In this document: one piece after another, positions 47,877-57,587 of the stretch
Layout of the letters: each line of letters opens with the position of its first letter
How positions within the stretch are numbered: the stretch's first letter is position 1
Source of the DNA: an uncultured virus (IMG/VR IMGVR_UViG_3300009285_007005)
Lineage: Duplodnaviria; Heunggongvirae; Uroviricota; Caudoviricetes
Length of the DNA: 64,000 nt
Direction: 5' to 3' (one strand)
IMG/VR virus record: IMGVR_UViG_3300009285_007005
Translations under genes and position numbers: made by a program
Notes under the pieces: model-generated
Databases searched by the model: none
The model's input: the letters and a program-made list of their open reading frames with translations, nothing else
Told to the model about the DNA's origin: nothing

Positions 47877-48650
47877 ATGACCCTCTCCGGCCCGCTCGAT
47901 ATCTCCCGCCGCAATCCCACCGGCTGGTGCATCTGCCAGATCGGCGGGAAGGCCGCGGTCGGAATGCTCCCGGCGGGCATCCAGGACGGGGCGGAGGTCG
48001 AGGCTGCGGGGGTGTGGGACGACTCGCCTTCGTGGGGTAAGCAGTTCAAGTTCACCGCGATCAAGGAAACGCTCCCCCGCGACCTCGCCCGCGCCAAGGC
48101 GCACCTGGCCCGCGTGCTCCCCGGCATCGGCCCGTCCACGGCGCGCGCTGTCGTCGAGCACTTCGGAGCGGACATCTACGCCGTCCTGGACGACGCCCCG
48201 GAGCGATTGAAGGAAGTGCCGGGGATCGGAGAGGCCAAGGCGCAGGACATCACCGGGGCGTGGAAGACGCTGCGGGTGAGCCGTGAGGCCGACCAGTTCT
48301 TCGCCGAGATCGGCGTTACCCCGGCCATGCAGCGGCGCATCTTCTCCGCGATGGTGCCGAGATTCGACCAATACAAGGACATGAGCGAAGTCCCGGCGGA
48401 CCTCCGGCACGCCGTCGTGGGGAGCATTCGCCAAAATCCGTACTGCCTGATCGAACTCGTGGACGGGATCGGCTTCAAACGGGCTGACGCCATCGCAAAC
48501 CGTGTCGGGATCAAGGAGGACTCGCCGCACCGGGTAAGAGCCGCCATCGTCCACACGCTCAAGGAGGCGGCGCAGCGGGACGGGCATTGTTACCTTGGAT
48601 ATGAAGAACTGGCAGAGGGCGCGACGGCGCTGCTGTGGGGGGATGTATGA
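47877..48650 (+). CDS. RecD2 N-terminal (OB + HhH) region only, no helicase core
   Basis: 'WGKQF', 'LPGIGPSTARAVVEHFG', 'LKEVPGIG', 'NPYCLIELVDGIGFKRADAIA', 'DGHCYL'; stops before any Walker A. Confidence 0.85.
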   Translation: MTLSGPLDISRRNPTGWCICQIGGKAAVGMLPAGIQDGAEVEAAGVWDDSPSWGKQFKFTAIKETLPRDLARAKAHLARVLPGIGPSTARAVVEHFGADIYAVLDDAPERLKEVPGIGEAKAQDITGAWKTLRVSREADQFFAEIGVTPAMQRRIFSAMVPRFDQYKDMSEVPADLRHAVVGSIRQNPYCLIELVDGIGFKRADAIANRVGIKEDSPHRVRAAIVHTLKEAAQRDGHCYLGYEELAEGATALLWGDV

Positions 48651-48895
48651 CTTTCGGAGATGTTTTGGAATTGGTTCTTGACGAGGTTGACCGTGCGGAA
48701 AAACTCCATCCGAAATGGCCGGATGACATCATTCACGCCGTCGGGATCGTCTGCGAGGAAAGCGGGGAGGCCATGAAGGCGGCTCTGGATCACGTTTATT
48801 TCGATGCCGACTTGACCCTGGTTGAACTTGAGAAGGAACTCACCCACACGGCGGCGACCGCGTTCCGGGCGCTGATGAATTTGAGGAAAGAATGA
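48647..48895 (+). CDS. MazG-like nucleotide pyrophosphohydrolase
   Basis: 'IVCEESGEAMKA...EKELTHTAATA'. Confidence 0.6.
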   Translation: MTFGDVLELVLDEVDRAEKLHPKWPDDIIHAVGIVCEESGEAMKAALDHVYFDADLTLVELEKELTHTAATAFRALMNLRKE

Positions 48896-49779
48896 AAATA
48901 GAAAAAGGGGAATACACTCTTTTCAACGGCGATTGCATACCTGTCATGTCGAATGAGATTGATCCGAATTCGATTGATTTATCCGTGTTCTCGCCGCCGT
49001 TCGCTTCCCTCTATACCTATTCTTCGGAAATCGAGGATATGGGAAACTCGCGGGAGTCCGACGACGAATTCCTTCTCCATTACGAGTTTTCGATCGACCC
49101 TCTTTTCAAGATCATGAAGGCTGGTGCGAACGTCTGCGTCCACATCGCGGACATCCCCCGATTGAAAGAGCAGCACGGATACATCGGATGCTATGACCTC
49201 ATGGGCGACATCATCCGAATGATGGAGCGGCATGGATTCATCTTTTATCGAAGGTGGACTATCAATAAAAACCCGCAGGCCCAAAGCATCCTTCATCATT
49301 CGATCACTCTCACGTTTACGAATTTCGAAAAGGATTCGAGACAATCCGCTGCGGCTCTGGCAGACTACCTTCTCGTTTTCAAAAAACCGGGAATTCATCC
49401 GTCGCAAGTGCATCCTCAAGCGACACGAGACGAATGGATCGAATGGGCGAATCCGACATGGTACGGAAAACATGAACGGGCTACGGGAATCGCAGAAACG
49501 GACACGCTCAACAAAGAGGCGGCGCGGTGCGGAAATGACGAAAGACACATTTGTCCTCTTCAACTTCCCTTGATTGAAAGGCTCGTGCGGCTTTATTCAA
49601 ATCCGGGAGAAATGGTTTTCACGCCGTTCATGGGAATCGGTTCGGAGATTTATACGGCTCTGAAATGGAAGCGCCGCGCAATCGGGATCGAACTCAAAAA
49701 AGAATGGTTTGACGAGGCGTGCCTGAATGCGGAAAAAGCGATTTATGAGCGCGATGCTCAGTTGGAGATGTTCAAATGA
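48892..49779 (+). CDS. N4-C/N6-A DNA methyltransferase (beta class)
   Basis: 'FSPPF', 'HICPLQL', 'TPFMGIGS', 'GIELK'. Confidence 0.9.
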   Translation: MKIEKGEYTLFNGDCIPVMSNEIDPNSIDLSVFSPPFASLYTYSSEIEDMGNSRESDDEFLLHYEFSIDPLFKIMKAGANVCVHIADIPRLKEQHGYIGCYDLMGDIIRMMERHGFIFYRRWTINKNPQAQSILHHSITLTFTNFEKDSRQSAAALADYLLVFKKPGIHPSQVHPQATRDEWIEWANPTWYGKHERATGIAETDTLNKEAARCGNDERHICPLQLPLIERLVRLYSNPGEMVFTPFMGIGSEIYTALKWKRRAIGIELKKEWFDEACLNAEKAIYERDAQLEMFK

Positions 49780-51182
49780 TTGGTGAAGAAATCAGAATTC
49801 CAATAGGCTTCGACCTGATTTCTTACGGCCTTTTTTTGAAGTGTAAGAAGCTTCCGAGATATCAGGTTATCGGGCGAGAAATCGTGACCGACAGCGTTTC
49901 CTACGCATCCATCTTCGGCGGCGAAACTTCATCAATCGGAATAGTTCCGTCTCCGCATCTTCTCGATTTTCAAAAGATGGTCGTTGAGCAGGCCCTTGAA
50001 AAACGGCGGTATGCCGGACTACTCGATTGTGGTTTGGGGAAGACGCCCATCGCCCTTTCCTACGCTCATTCTGTAGCGGAGAAAGGTAAAGTCCTTCTAC
50101 TATGCCCTCTCTCGGTTTTTGAGCAAATGCGCCGGGAATGCCAGCGATGGCACGGACACCGCATGGTTTCTCTTCGCCACGGCGAGAAGTGGACCGAAGG
50201 CATCGGCATCATGAACTATGAAGGGCGGCGCGATATCGACATGAGCGGCGTGGCGGGCGTGGTTCTGGACGAGGCGAGCATCCTGAAAAACGACACCGGG
50301 GAAACCCGGAACTACCTGACCGATCTTGTCAAGAACGTCGAATACCGGCTCACCGATTCGGCCACGCCCGCGCCGAATGACCACGGCGAATATTCAAATC
50401 AGGCCGTCTTTCTTGGGCTTGTTCAATCTTCAAAAGAATTCTACGCGAAGTTTTTCCGCAAGGAAGGCCCTACTTGGTTGCTCAAGGGATGGGCGCAAAA
50501 AGCCTTTTACGATTATCTCGCTTTATGGGCGATCTACATCAAACGCCCCTCCGACCTCGGATACGACCATACTACGGAAATGCCATGCGAGCCGGATTAT
50601 CAGTACGTCGAATGCGGCACGCCGGAATCGATCAAATCGAAAACAGGGCAGCTTTTTGCGTCGGCTGATAACGCGAGAGACCGTTCGCTTGTTTTTGGGA
50701 CGATACGCTCGGACCCCACATCCGACAGGACGCGCAGGATCCTGGATTGGGTTGATGGGCATAAATCAATCGTGTGGGTTTCCAGAAATGCCGAAGAGGC
50801 GATGTTTAAGAGGCAACTCGAAAACTCAGTTGTCATCAACGGAGATATGCCGATTGAGGAACGGGTTGAAAACGTAGATAAATGGCGGGCCGGTGAAATC
50901 GACCACCTAATCTCCAAGCCGACCGTTTTGGGGTTCGGAATCAACCTTCCAGAATGCGACCGCATGGTTTTCAGCGGGTACACCTACTCGTTTGAACAGT
51001 TCTATCAGGCCGTTCGGCGCTCTCACCGCTATGGGCGCGTCGGTCGCCTTCAGGTCATGGTCCCCTACACTTGGCCGGAACTTCCGATTCTGGATACGCT
51101 CAGAAAAAAGATGAGGACTTTCGAAGACGACACGGATAAAATTCAGCGGATTTTCAATAGAAGAATCGGCGGTGTTCAATGA
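49776..51182 (+). CDS. SNF2-like superfamily 2 helicase
   Basis: 'DCGLGKT', 'VLDEASILK', 'SATPAPND', 'GFGINL', 'QAVRRSHRYG'. Confidence 0.88.
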   Translation: MIGEEIRIPIGFDLISYGLFLKCKKLPRYQVIGREIVTDSVSYASIFGGETSSIGIVPSPHLLDFQKMVVEQALEKRRYAGLLDCGLGKTPIALSYAHSVAEKGKVLLLCPLSVFEQMRRECQRWHGHRMVSLRHGEKWTEGIGIMNYEGRRDIDMSGVAGVVLDEASILKNDTGETRNYLTDLVKNVEYRLTDSATPAPNDHGEYSNQAVFLGLVQSSKEFYAKFFRKEGPTWLLKGWAQKAFYDYLALWAIYIKRPSDLGYDHTTEMPCEPDYQYVECGTPESIKSKTGQLFASADNARDRSLVFGTIRSDPTSDRTRRILDWVDGHKSIVWVSRNAEEAMFKRQLENSVVINGDMPIEERVENVDKWRAGEIDHLISKPTVLGFGINLPECDRMVFSGYTYSFEQFYQAVRRSHRYGRVGRLQVMVPYTWPELPILDTLRKKMRTFEDDTDKIQRIFNRRIGGVQ

Positions 51183-51388
51183 CCCGCAAGGCCCTCATCA
51201 CCACCGCGATCAACACCCTGAAGTTCGAGGGGAAGATCGTTGTCGAGGCTGAAGCCTCCGCTCAGGCCAAGGACAATCCGCAATCGGACGACCGCGTGTA
51301 CCTCGCGGCGATGCACGCCCACGAGAAGGCGCTGGCGGGGAGAATCAGGGAACTAACGAAACCGGAGGTGAATCATGAGAGCATGTAA
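51179..51388 (+). CDS. Hypothetical protein
   Basis: ATGA-coupled ORF. Confidence 0.45.
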   Translation: MTRKALITTAINTLKFEGKIVVEAEASAQAKDNPQSDDRVYLAAMHAHEKALAGRIRELTKPEVNHESM

Positions 51389-52181
51389 ATTCGTTTATGG
51401 AGACGGCAGACCCTTCAATGCAGATGATGACAACCCATTCAAATATCCGCTTGAAATCGGAGCCGAGGTATCGCACAACGGGCCGGTGGGGCTCTGTCAT
51501 TCGGGACTGCACTTTTCACGCACCGAGGCCGATGCGATTGCTACGAACTCCCTGAAATTTGATTCCGAGCGCGGATTGATTTTCCTTGAAGCCGAGGTTG
51601 ACGAATCCGATATCGCCGAAACCGATTCGAATAAATTTGTTTTAAAAAGCGGAGCGAAGGCGAAAATCATCGCATTTGAAAATCGAAACCTTGTTGGCGC
51701 GGAAGGTGAACCGACTGAAATTAAATCGGGACTATGGATGCTTTCCGACTCCGCCGTGGTCAAGAGCATGGGGGGCTCCGCCGTGGTCGAGAGCATGGGG
51801 GGCTCCGCCGTGGTCGAGAGCATGGGGGGTTCCGCCGTGGTCGAGAGAATGGGGGGCTCCGCCGTGGTCGAGAGAATGGGGGGCTCCGCCGTGGTCGAGA
51901 GCATGGGGGACTCCGCCGTGGTCAAGAGAATGGGGGGCTCCGCCGTGGTCGAGAGCATGTGGGACTCCGCCGTGGTCGAGAGCATGGGGGACTCCGCCGT
52001 GGTCAAGAGCATGTGGGGTTCCGTTACTGTTATTACTTATAACGGAAAGATTGAACACATTATCGAAGATTCCAACGCTTTCATCGTCGATAGGAGCGAA
52101 GGGAAGCCAAAAGGCTACGACGCGGCGGCATGGGCGGGGAGAATCAGGGAACTCGTGAAGCCGGAGGGCGCGGATGCCTAG
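51375..52181 (+). CDS. Phage protein with 9-aa beta-solenoid tandem repeat
   Basis: 'LCHSGLHFS' N-domain; 10 copies of SAVV(E/K)(S/R)M(G/W)(G/D). Confidence 0.75.
   Translation: MRACKFVYGDGRPFNADDDNPFKYPLEIGAEVSHNGPVGLCHSGLHFSRTEADAIATNSLKFDSERGLIFLEAEVDESDIAETDSNKFVLKSGAKAKIIAFENRNLVGAEGEPTEIKSGLWMLSDSAVVKSMGGSAVVESMGGSAVVESMGGSAVVERMGGSAVVERMGGSAVVESMGDSAVVKRMGGSAVVESMWDSAVVESMGDSAVVKSMWGSVTVITYNGKIEHIIEDSNAFIVDRSEGKPKGYDAAAWAGRIRELVKPEGADA
51747..52023 (+). repeat. 27-nt tandem repeat, 10 copies
   Basis: Unit approximately CTCCGCCGTGGTCGAGAGCATGGGGGG. Confidence 0.92.
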
Positions 52182-52551
52182 ATTCAGCCGCGAGTGGTGG
52201 TCCGGGAATTACGATGGCGAGGAAGGCTACGGACGCAGGAACCGCGAGCCGGATTACGAAGATGGCTACTCATCCGGTGAACGGGCGGCGGAAGAACGAC
52301 GCGAAGAGGAAAGGGCCGAACGACGAAGGCAGGAAAGGCGAGCGGAAGAACGTGAGCAAGAGCGCCAATATGAAGAACAGATGCGCGAAGAATTCTGGCA
52401 TGGACAGGACGGGCCGGAATACTCCGAAGAAGAATATTTCACCCATATCTGCGGGGAAGGAAATCATCCCTTTCACGGTTACGACGAACTCGGCCCGCGC
52501 TGCTACTGCGGGGCTTGCCGAGAATTTTACGAAGAAGGAGGCGGGATATGA
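52174..52551 (+). CDS. Glu/Arg-rich hypothetical protein
   Basis: GGAGG RBS, coupled to neighbours. Confidence 0.5.
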   Translation: MPRFSREWWSGNYDGEEGYGRRNREPDYEDGYSSGERAAEERREEERAERRRQERRAEEREQERQYEEQMREEFWHGQDGPEYSEEEYFTHICGEGNHPFHGYDELGPRCYCGACREFYEEGGGI

Positions 52552-52892
52552 GCGAAAATAATCCTTTCCGTGATAAAGACGACAATTTGATTGACTTCGA
52601 TGACCTGCTCGTTTTTTGGGCCAAGGAGGCGATCCTGGATTTACTTGGCGATGAACCCGATTCCAACACGCAAGGCGGTATCGCCGCAATGACCTGCCCG
52701 GACATCATCGCCCGCAAGGCATGGGGGGAACTCGTCGAATACGAACTCAGTGAAATGGAGACGGAGGGGCTGGTTAAAAAATTGCCCTATCAGGATGAGG
52801 ACGTGTGGTGCCTTGCGGAGAACTACGAAGCCGAGATCGCGGCGATGAAACTTTATGAAAATATCGAAGAGGCCAAGGATGATGGGGAATAA
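52548..52892 (+). CDS. Acidic hypothetical protein
   Basis: GGAGG RBS, ATGA overlap. Confidence 0.5.
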   Translation: MSENNPFRDKDDNLIDFDDLLVFWAKEAILDLLGDEPDSNTQGGIAAMTCPDIIARKAWGELVEYELSEMETEGLVKKLPYQDEDVWCLAENYEAEIAAMKLYENIEEAKDDGE

Positions 52893-53223
52893 ATTGAAAC
52901 GCAACACGAGCCTCCGAGAGAGGCTGGAGGCATGAGAATCTTTTTCTGGTTCCTGAAACAAGCCGCGGCGATGATCGCGGAAAAACGCAAAAGGAAGGAA
53001 ATGAAAATGGAAAAAGTCTATATCTTTCATCAACTGAAACCTCTTTCAGGCGAAGCCCTCGAAATCGCTGGCGGTGAGACCTGGAGAAATATCCCCGCCG
53101 CGGAATTGGACGCGAAAATCCAAGCCCTGACGGCGGAGGGCTGCGTCATCAACCGGGATTACGAGATCATCGCCGGGAAGCCGATCAGCCTGACGGTCAA
53201 AGTGAAGGTGCGCTGACGAAACC

Positions 53224-53252
53224 GAGGGCGGGTTCGCCCGCTCCCTCATTTT
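53224..53252 (+). terminator. Rho-independent terminator
   Basis: GAGGGCGGG-TTCG-CCCGCTCCCTC followed by ATTTT. Confidence 0.6.
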
Positions 53253-53256
53253 CCGC

Positions 53257-53403
53257 TTGACAGGCGGGCGGGAATGGTGCAAGGTATGGACGCTATGACT
53301 AAAGTGGAGAATCCCCATGTTTTTCAAGATGCCTGAGAGGTCCCAAGCCGCGAGGCCGGAATTCTGCGCTCCACGCAGTCATAGCCCTCTCAGGCAGTTT
53401 TCT
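53257..53403 (+). promoter_or_regulatory. Promoter plus structured leader/attenuator of the replication operon
   Basis: TTGACA at 53257; two interleaved stems followed by a T-tract (see findings). Confidence 0.6.
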
Positions 53404-53417
53404 ATTCTGGTCGCCAA

Positions 53418-54461
53418 ATGCCGGTAAACGATGGGCTCTATGCTCATGTCGAGGTTGAATTTTTGAGAAGCGAACCCTATCAAAAATTAAGTCCTGGCGC
53501 GCGATCTCTTTATATGGCCCTATGGGGTTACGCACTCGAAAAAAAGCGTGAAATTATTAAGCGACCGGATGACTACTACCTCGCCACTATCGCGGCACTC
53601 CATCGCCACCCCATCACCACCTACCTACGACGTATGCACGACTCCCAAATCATAATTCTATCGACTACCCATATCGCTATGGTAGGACTACGGAAAAAAC
53701 ACAGCAAAATCAAGTTCCGAGACGAGTTCGAGAATTCTGGAATAATCTGGAAAAAAGTTGAAGGCTCCTCTTCCCTTTCCTATCCTTCCCTTTCCGAAGA
53801 TTCCTCACTGCGTTCGGAATCTTCAGCAAAACATGTTTTGCCTCAAGAAGAAAAAGAGAAGGTTTCCGCTCCGCCAACAAAAATGATAAAAGAAGAGAAA
53901 GAACATTCAGAAAAAGATGATATTCTGGAAAAATTAAAAATTACAGCGCGACTCTCAAAACCGTTAAAACGCAAAAGCACAACACAGGATGAAGATTATT
54001 GGAACTCTCCAAAGGCACACGAATGGGCGAACTCGGTTCGGGCTTGCTACTCCAGAATCGATCACGCCCTTGAAATCCAGAGGGCCGATGCGTGGTGCAT
54101 TTCGAATCCTGAGCGAGAACCGAAGTCGGATTTCATGAGATTTCTTAATGGTTGGTTTGGGCGTGCCGACGAACGAGCCAGAAAAGACCCAGGACTATTT
54201 CAAGTCAAAGCATCAATATCGGGCCTCCACGAATTTACCGAACTCCTGATAGAACACTGGCAGGCGCTCTATCTGATGATCCGGCATGGAATCAAACAAG
54301 AAGAGGCGGGGGTTAAGAAACTTCTTGGGGAAAAATGGTGGGAAGCCGCCTGTTGGTTCCACGAACATAACGGCTTGGATCGGTGCGACGAGGAAACGAA
54401 GCCTCTGTTCTTTAAGAAGGCTATCGAGGAAGTCATGCGGGGTTTTGAATGGAAACGATGA
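53418..54461 (+). CDS. Replication initiator (lambda O / DnaD-like position)
   Basis: N-terminal 'KLSPGARSLYMALW', Ser-rich linker, 'KSDFMRFLNGW'; directly upstream of DnaB. Confidence 0.7.
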   Translation: MPVNDGLYAHVEVEFLRSEPYQKLSPGARSLYMALWGYALEKKREIIKRPDDYYLATIAALHRHPITTYLRRMHDSQIIILSTTHIAMVGLRKKHSKIKFRDEFENSGIIWKKVEGSSSLSYPSLSEDSSLRSESSAKHVLPQEEKEKVSAPPTKMIKEEKEHSEKDDILEKLKITARLSKPLKRKSTTQDEDYWNSPKAHEWANSVRACYSRIDHALEIQRADAWCISNPEREPKSDFMRFLNGWFGRADERARKDPGLFQVKASISGLHEFTELLIEHWQALYLMIRHGIKQEEAGVKKLLGEKWWEAACWFHEHNGLDRCDEETKPLFFKKAIEEVMRGFEWKR

Positions 54462-55789
54462 TAAAAGATCCGCCCCATAGCGATGAGGCTGAATTAGCGG
54501 TCTTGGGATCGATCTTCCTCCGGAACGGGGCTTTCGATCAAATCGCTGGAATGATTTTCGAACACGACTTTTACCGGACGGCCCACCGTATCGTTTTCAC
54601 CGCCATGCAGGAACTTCACGAAAAGAAAAAGCCGATTGACGCGATTACACTTCCGGAAGAATTAACCGCGGCTGGTCATTTTGAGGATGTGGGCGGGCTG
54701 GATTTCATCCTGAAACTCGGCGACGCCGTTTCCACAAGTGCGGCGATCAGACATCAGACCGAAATCGTCGTCGAAAAATCGCTCCGTCGGCGACTCATCG
54801 CCGAAGCCAATGGCATTCTCGACAAGGCATATGGACTTAACGGTGACTCCCAAGAAATCGTCAACGAGGCCCTACAGAGCCTCTCTGATATCCAAGCCTA
54901 TTCACTCGCCTACGAACCGGAGACGGCGAAACAAATCACTGTAAGAGCGCTGGAGAGGGCCAGGGCGGCGGCGAACAGTCAGCGGACACATCCTGTCGGG
55001 ATCGATTGCGGACTTCCCGTTTTGGATAAGTTTCTGCATGGCTTCGTCCGGTCAAGGCTTTATCTTATCGGAGCACGTCCGGGCGTCGGAAAGACTGCGG
55101 CCGGTATTCAACTCATCGACGGAATTTCACGGCGTACTCATGAGAACTGTTTGGTGTTTTCGGTGGAAATGTCGGGCCGGGATCTGATCGACAGGTATTT
55201 CGCGGGGCTGGCTGGTTTTTCAACCTATGAGGTTTTTTTCCGCGGCGTTCCTGAGTTAGACCTGAGACTTCTTGAAACCACGTCGGAAGAGTTTGGAAGC
55301 CGGATTTTCATCGACGACCGCACTAACACCATCGAAAACATGATGAAAATCGCCAAGACGATGAAATACCGGAAAGGCTCCCTGGCGGCTGTCATGATTG
55401 ATTATGCCCAAATTATCTGGACTCGAAAAAGGGTAAATTCCGAGCGGGAACGGGTATCCTGGGTTGCGGCGTTCGCGGCGCGCATCGCCAAGGAACTCAA
55501 CTGCATCGTCATCATGCTTGCGCAACTCAACCGGGATGTGGAAAAGCGGAATGCTCAGGTCCCTCATTTAAGGGATTTCAAGGAGTCTGGAGCCTTGGAA
55601 GAAAACGCCGCGACGGCGATCCTGCTCCACCGTCCGGACATGGGAAAGCAGGATTGCGTGAATGAAAATTGCTTTTGGATTATCGATAAAAACAGGTTCG
55701 GGAAAATTGGAAAAGTGAACTTGACCTTTAATGGACCCATGACGCGGTTTTTCGATTTTTCACAGTCGGAATCGGATAGGGAATATTAA
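54449..55789 (+). CDS. dnaB: Replicative DNA helicase DnaB
   Basis: 'PPHSDEAELAVLGS', 'GARPGVGKT', 'FSVEM', 'IDYAQ', 'AQLNR', 'ESGALEE', 'KNRFG'. Confidence 0.95.
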   Translation: METMIKDPPHSDEAELAVLGSIFLRNGAFDQIAGMIFEHDFYRTAHRIVFTAMQELHEKKKPIDAITLPEELTAAGHFEDVGGLDFILKLGDAVSTSAAIRHQTEIVVEKSLRRRLIAEANGILDKAYGLNGDSQEIVNEALQSLSDIQAYSLAYEPETAKQITVRALERARAAANSQRTHPVGIDCGLPVLDKFLHGFVRSRLYLIGARPGVGKTAAGIQLIDGISRRTHENCLVFSVEMSGRDLIDRYFAGLAGFSTYEVFFRGVPELDLRLLETTSEEFGSRIFIDDRTNTIENMMKIAKTMKYRKGSLAAVMIDYAQIIWTRKRVNSERERVSWVAAFAARIAKELNCIVIMLAQLNRDVEKRNAQVPHLRDFKESGALEENAATAILLHRPDMGKQDCVNENCFWIIDKNRFGKIGKVNLTFNGPMTRFFDFSQSESDREY

Positions 55790-56247
55790 TGAGTTCCAGA
55801 ATCAAAGCGGTCGGGAATCTGGTCTGGGAATACCGATTGACGGAAAAAATTTCGTTCGGCGTCCACTTCGCCGTGAAGGACGTTTCGACCGGGGTTTTTA
55901 CGATAATTCGAATCGGCCGGCTGAGAATATTTTTTCTACGCCAGTCGAAGGAAATCGTTCTTCGGCGGCAGGCGCTCCGAGGCAAATCATGACCGCCTTC
56001 ACGGCTTGGCTTGACGGAGGGGGAGGATGACCTGGTTTTCCGCCCTCCCCGCTCCCGATTGGACCTCGCATGACGGGTCCTGCGTTCGGTTGCGAAAATC
56101 AGAGTGGGAAGTGCGACCTATTAAAATTGATTTGGCTCGACGATACAGAAATAAAAAAAATCTTAGGATGCGCTATCATGTCGGTTTTCCGCGCTCGAAA
56201 GAAGCGTGGCATTCCGGCATTCAAGAGGAAAAGCTGCGGAGGGCGCG

Positions 56248-56628
56248 ATGCCTGATCCCTGTCCGGAAATGAATGTGGATGTGGGTCGGCTGGAATCGCT
56301 GAAGCGGCGTTATGACGCGAAGCCGGTGGGGACGTATGCGAAGGCGGCAACTCAGGAGAAAACGACGCCCGAGATGAAGACAGAACCAGCGACAAAACCA
56401 GAACCGAAAAAGCCAAAAGCGGCGAAAATCGTTGATGTTAATCCCTGCCTGAGTTGCATCCACGGAAGCAACCGGCACACTCTGCGGCAGGAGCAAAAGG
56501 GTGAAAGGCGCGAAAAAATTCTCCTCGCCTTTGGGGAAAACGGCAGGAATATCCGCCAAACCGCCAAGGCGCTTAGGGTGGGACGAAACACAGTTCGGCG
56601 GGTTATCCGAGAGAGTGGTGAAAAATGA
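56248..56628 (+). CDS. Fis-type HTH protein
   Basis: 'NGRNIRQTAKALRVGRNTVRR'; start codon uncertain. Confidence 0.6.
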   Translation: MPDPCPEMNVDVGRLESLKRRYDAKPVGTYAKAATQEKTTPEMKTEPATKPEPKKPKAAKIVDVNPCLSCIHGSNRHTLRQEQKGERREKILLAFGENGRNIRQTAKALRVGRNTVRRVIRESGEK

Positions 56629-57131
56629 AAACCTACATCGGCATCGACCCGGGACTGGATGGCGGAATCGGATTTCTTTCCGAGGCGGGAATGAGCGCCT
56701 TCCCGATGCCCTTCGTGATTTCCGAAAAGAAAAAGGGCGGGAAGACGACGCACAAAAGGAAACTCGATATTGCGGGATTGAAGAGTCTTTTAATCAGTCA
56801 ATCCGCGATTCATCCCCAAATCGCCATTATCGAGCGCCAGGGTGCCATGCCGGGGCAGGGCGTCGTCTCTCAATTCTCCATCGGCCTGAACTACGGGATG
56901 ATCCTGGGGCTTCTTGAGGGCCTTGGAATCCCCGTCGTGATCATCGCGCCGCAGTCCTGGAAAAAGGAAATGTTGGCGGGAACCCTGAAGGACAAGGCCG
57001 CGTCGATTCAAACGGCGCAGAGGCTTTTCCCGAACATCAACCTGAAGCGGACGGAGAAATGCACGGTGCTTCACGACGGCATGGCGGAAGCCGCGCTGCT
57101 GGCGGAACTCGGAAGAAGGAAGAACCTATGA
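56625..57131 (+). CDS. RuvC-like Holliday junction resolvase
   Basis: 'IGIDPGLDGG', 'IIERQ', 'PQSWKK', 'DGMAEAALLA'. Confidence 0.88.
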   Translation: MKTYIGIDPGLDGGIGFLSEAGMSAFPMPFVISEKKKGGKTTHKRKLDIAGLKSLLISQSAIHPQIAIIERQGAMPGQGVVSQFSIGLNYGMILGLLEGLGIPVVIIAPQSWKKEMLAGTLKDKAASIQTAQRLFPNINLKRTEKCTVLHDGMAEAALLAELGRRKNL

Positions 57132-57442
57132 GGGGCGGAATGAAACCCTCTCTCCAGAAGACGAAATGCCGCCGCTGTGGGGAGTGCTGCGAGAAAGACG
57201 CATGCACTATTTCGTGGGGCAAGGAGTTTGAAGGGCTGGCGGCTGCGATCCCCGAGGTCGCGGCTTTCCGGTCGGAAGGATTCTTCGCAACCCACTTCCC
57301 GACGACGGTCAACGGGGTCTGCATCCACTATTCGAAAAAAGACAGAAAGGCGACGTGCGCTCTCTGGAAGTATTCGGCATGGCGGAAGTTCTGGCGGGAT
57401 GGGGTGTGCGAAAAACTCAGGTTCAGAAAGGCGGCGGGATGA
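57128..57442 (+). CDS. YkgJ-like Cys-cluster protein
   Basis: 'CRRCGECC', 'C...CALW'. Confidence 0.55.
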   Translation: MRGGMKPSLQKTKCRRCGECCEKDACTISWGKEFEGLAAAIPEVAAFRSEGFFATHFPTTVNGVCIHYSKKDRKATCALWKYSAWRKFWRDGVCEKLRFRKAAG

Positions 57443-57587
57443 GCGACTTATCCTTGAAGAAACTAGAACAACTTGCCAGCGATCTCGCATATGCGAAAAA
57501 AGAACTCGAAAGGGCGGAAAGGGACGGGCGCTATTATCAAGAGGAAATTTGGAAACTAGAAAAAGAGATTGCGGAAAGGGCGGCGGG

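Noticed and set aside
51747..52023. Possible CRISPR array
   Set aside because: Head-to-tail 27-nt units with no unique spacers, in frame within a CDS, and no cas genes
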